Source of the DNA: Octopus bimaculoides
Taxonomy: Eukaryota
Reading direction: 5' to 3'
DNA length: 64,000 bases
Assembly (NCBI RefSeq): GCF_001194135.2
Contig: NC_068997.1
Span: 31,189,676 to 31,253,675, forward strand
The notes below the pieces were generated by a model, which saw only the letters and a program-made list of their open reading frames with translations, had not been told where the DNA came from and did not search any database. The position numbers were made by a program, and so were the translations under genes. This document shows positions 63,931 to 64,000 of this stretch, in pieces; within the stretch, counting starts at the first letter, position 1, and each line of letters starts with the position of its first letter.

Positions 63931-64000
63931 TTGTATGCATATGTATATAAGCAGACAGACAGACATACCTACACGCATATATATATATATATATATATAT

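Overview
AT-rich, microsatellite-dense eukaryotic scaffold with four N gaps. The SINE-like repeats and overall composition suggest an octopus or other coleoid mollusc; this is an inference from recalled repeat motifs, not a database result. One host gene is supported: a TRPM-family cation channel on the minus strand. Seven GT-AG exons between 54418 and 8045 join in consistent phase into about 325 codons covering the N-terminal MHR1/2 (SLOG) region and the start of MHR3. The first coding exon(s) and all downstream exons, including the transmembrane region, were not found in the sequenced part. The introns are filled with mostly decayed transposable elements: about ten R4/Dong-type RLE retrotransposon pieces (one near full length, several abutting (TAA)n), RTE, Tx1/L1, CR1-like and Penelope-like fragments, Gypsy remnants, four Tc1/mariner pieces, a piggyBac relic, a Merlin/IS1595-like fragment and SINE-like repeats. 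No rRNA, tRNA, CRISPR or prokaryotic features are supported, and most ORF-track entries are artefacts of gaps or simple repeats. I cannot claim a proven new system. The most unusual structures are: (i) an 890-bp palindromic element with an exact 8-bp target-site duplication and an inverted telomere-repeat core; (ii) (TAA)n-associated R4/Dong insertions, one in frame with a TRPM exon; (iii) a mariner nested in an RTE with a twin-priming-like inversion; (iv) a 1.8-kb foldback element; (v) a candidate structured RNA upstream of an R4 copy. TE boundaries are approximate unless a TIR or TSD is quoted.
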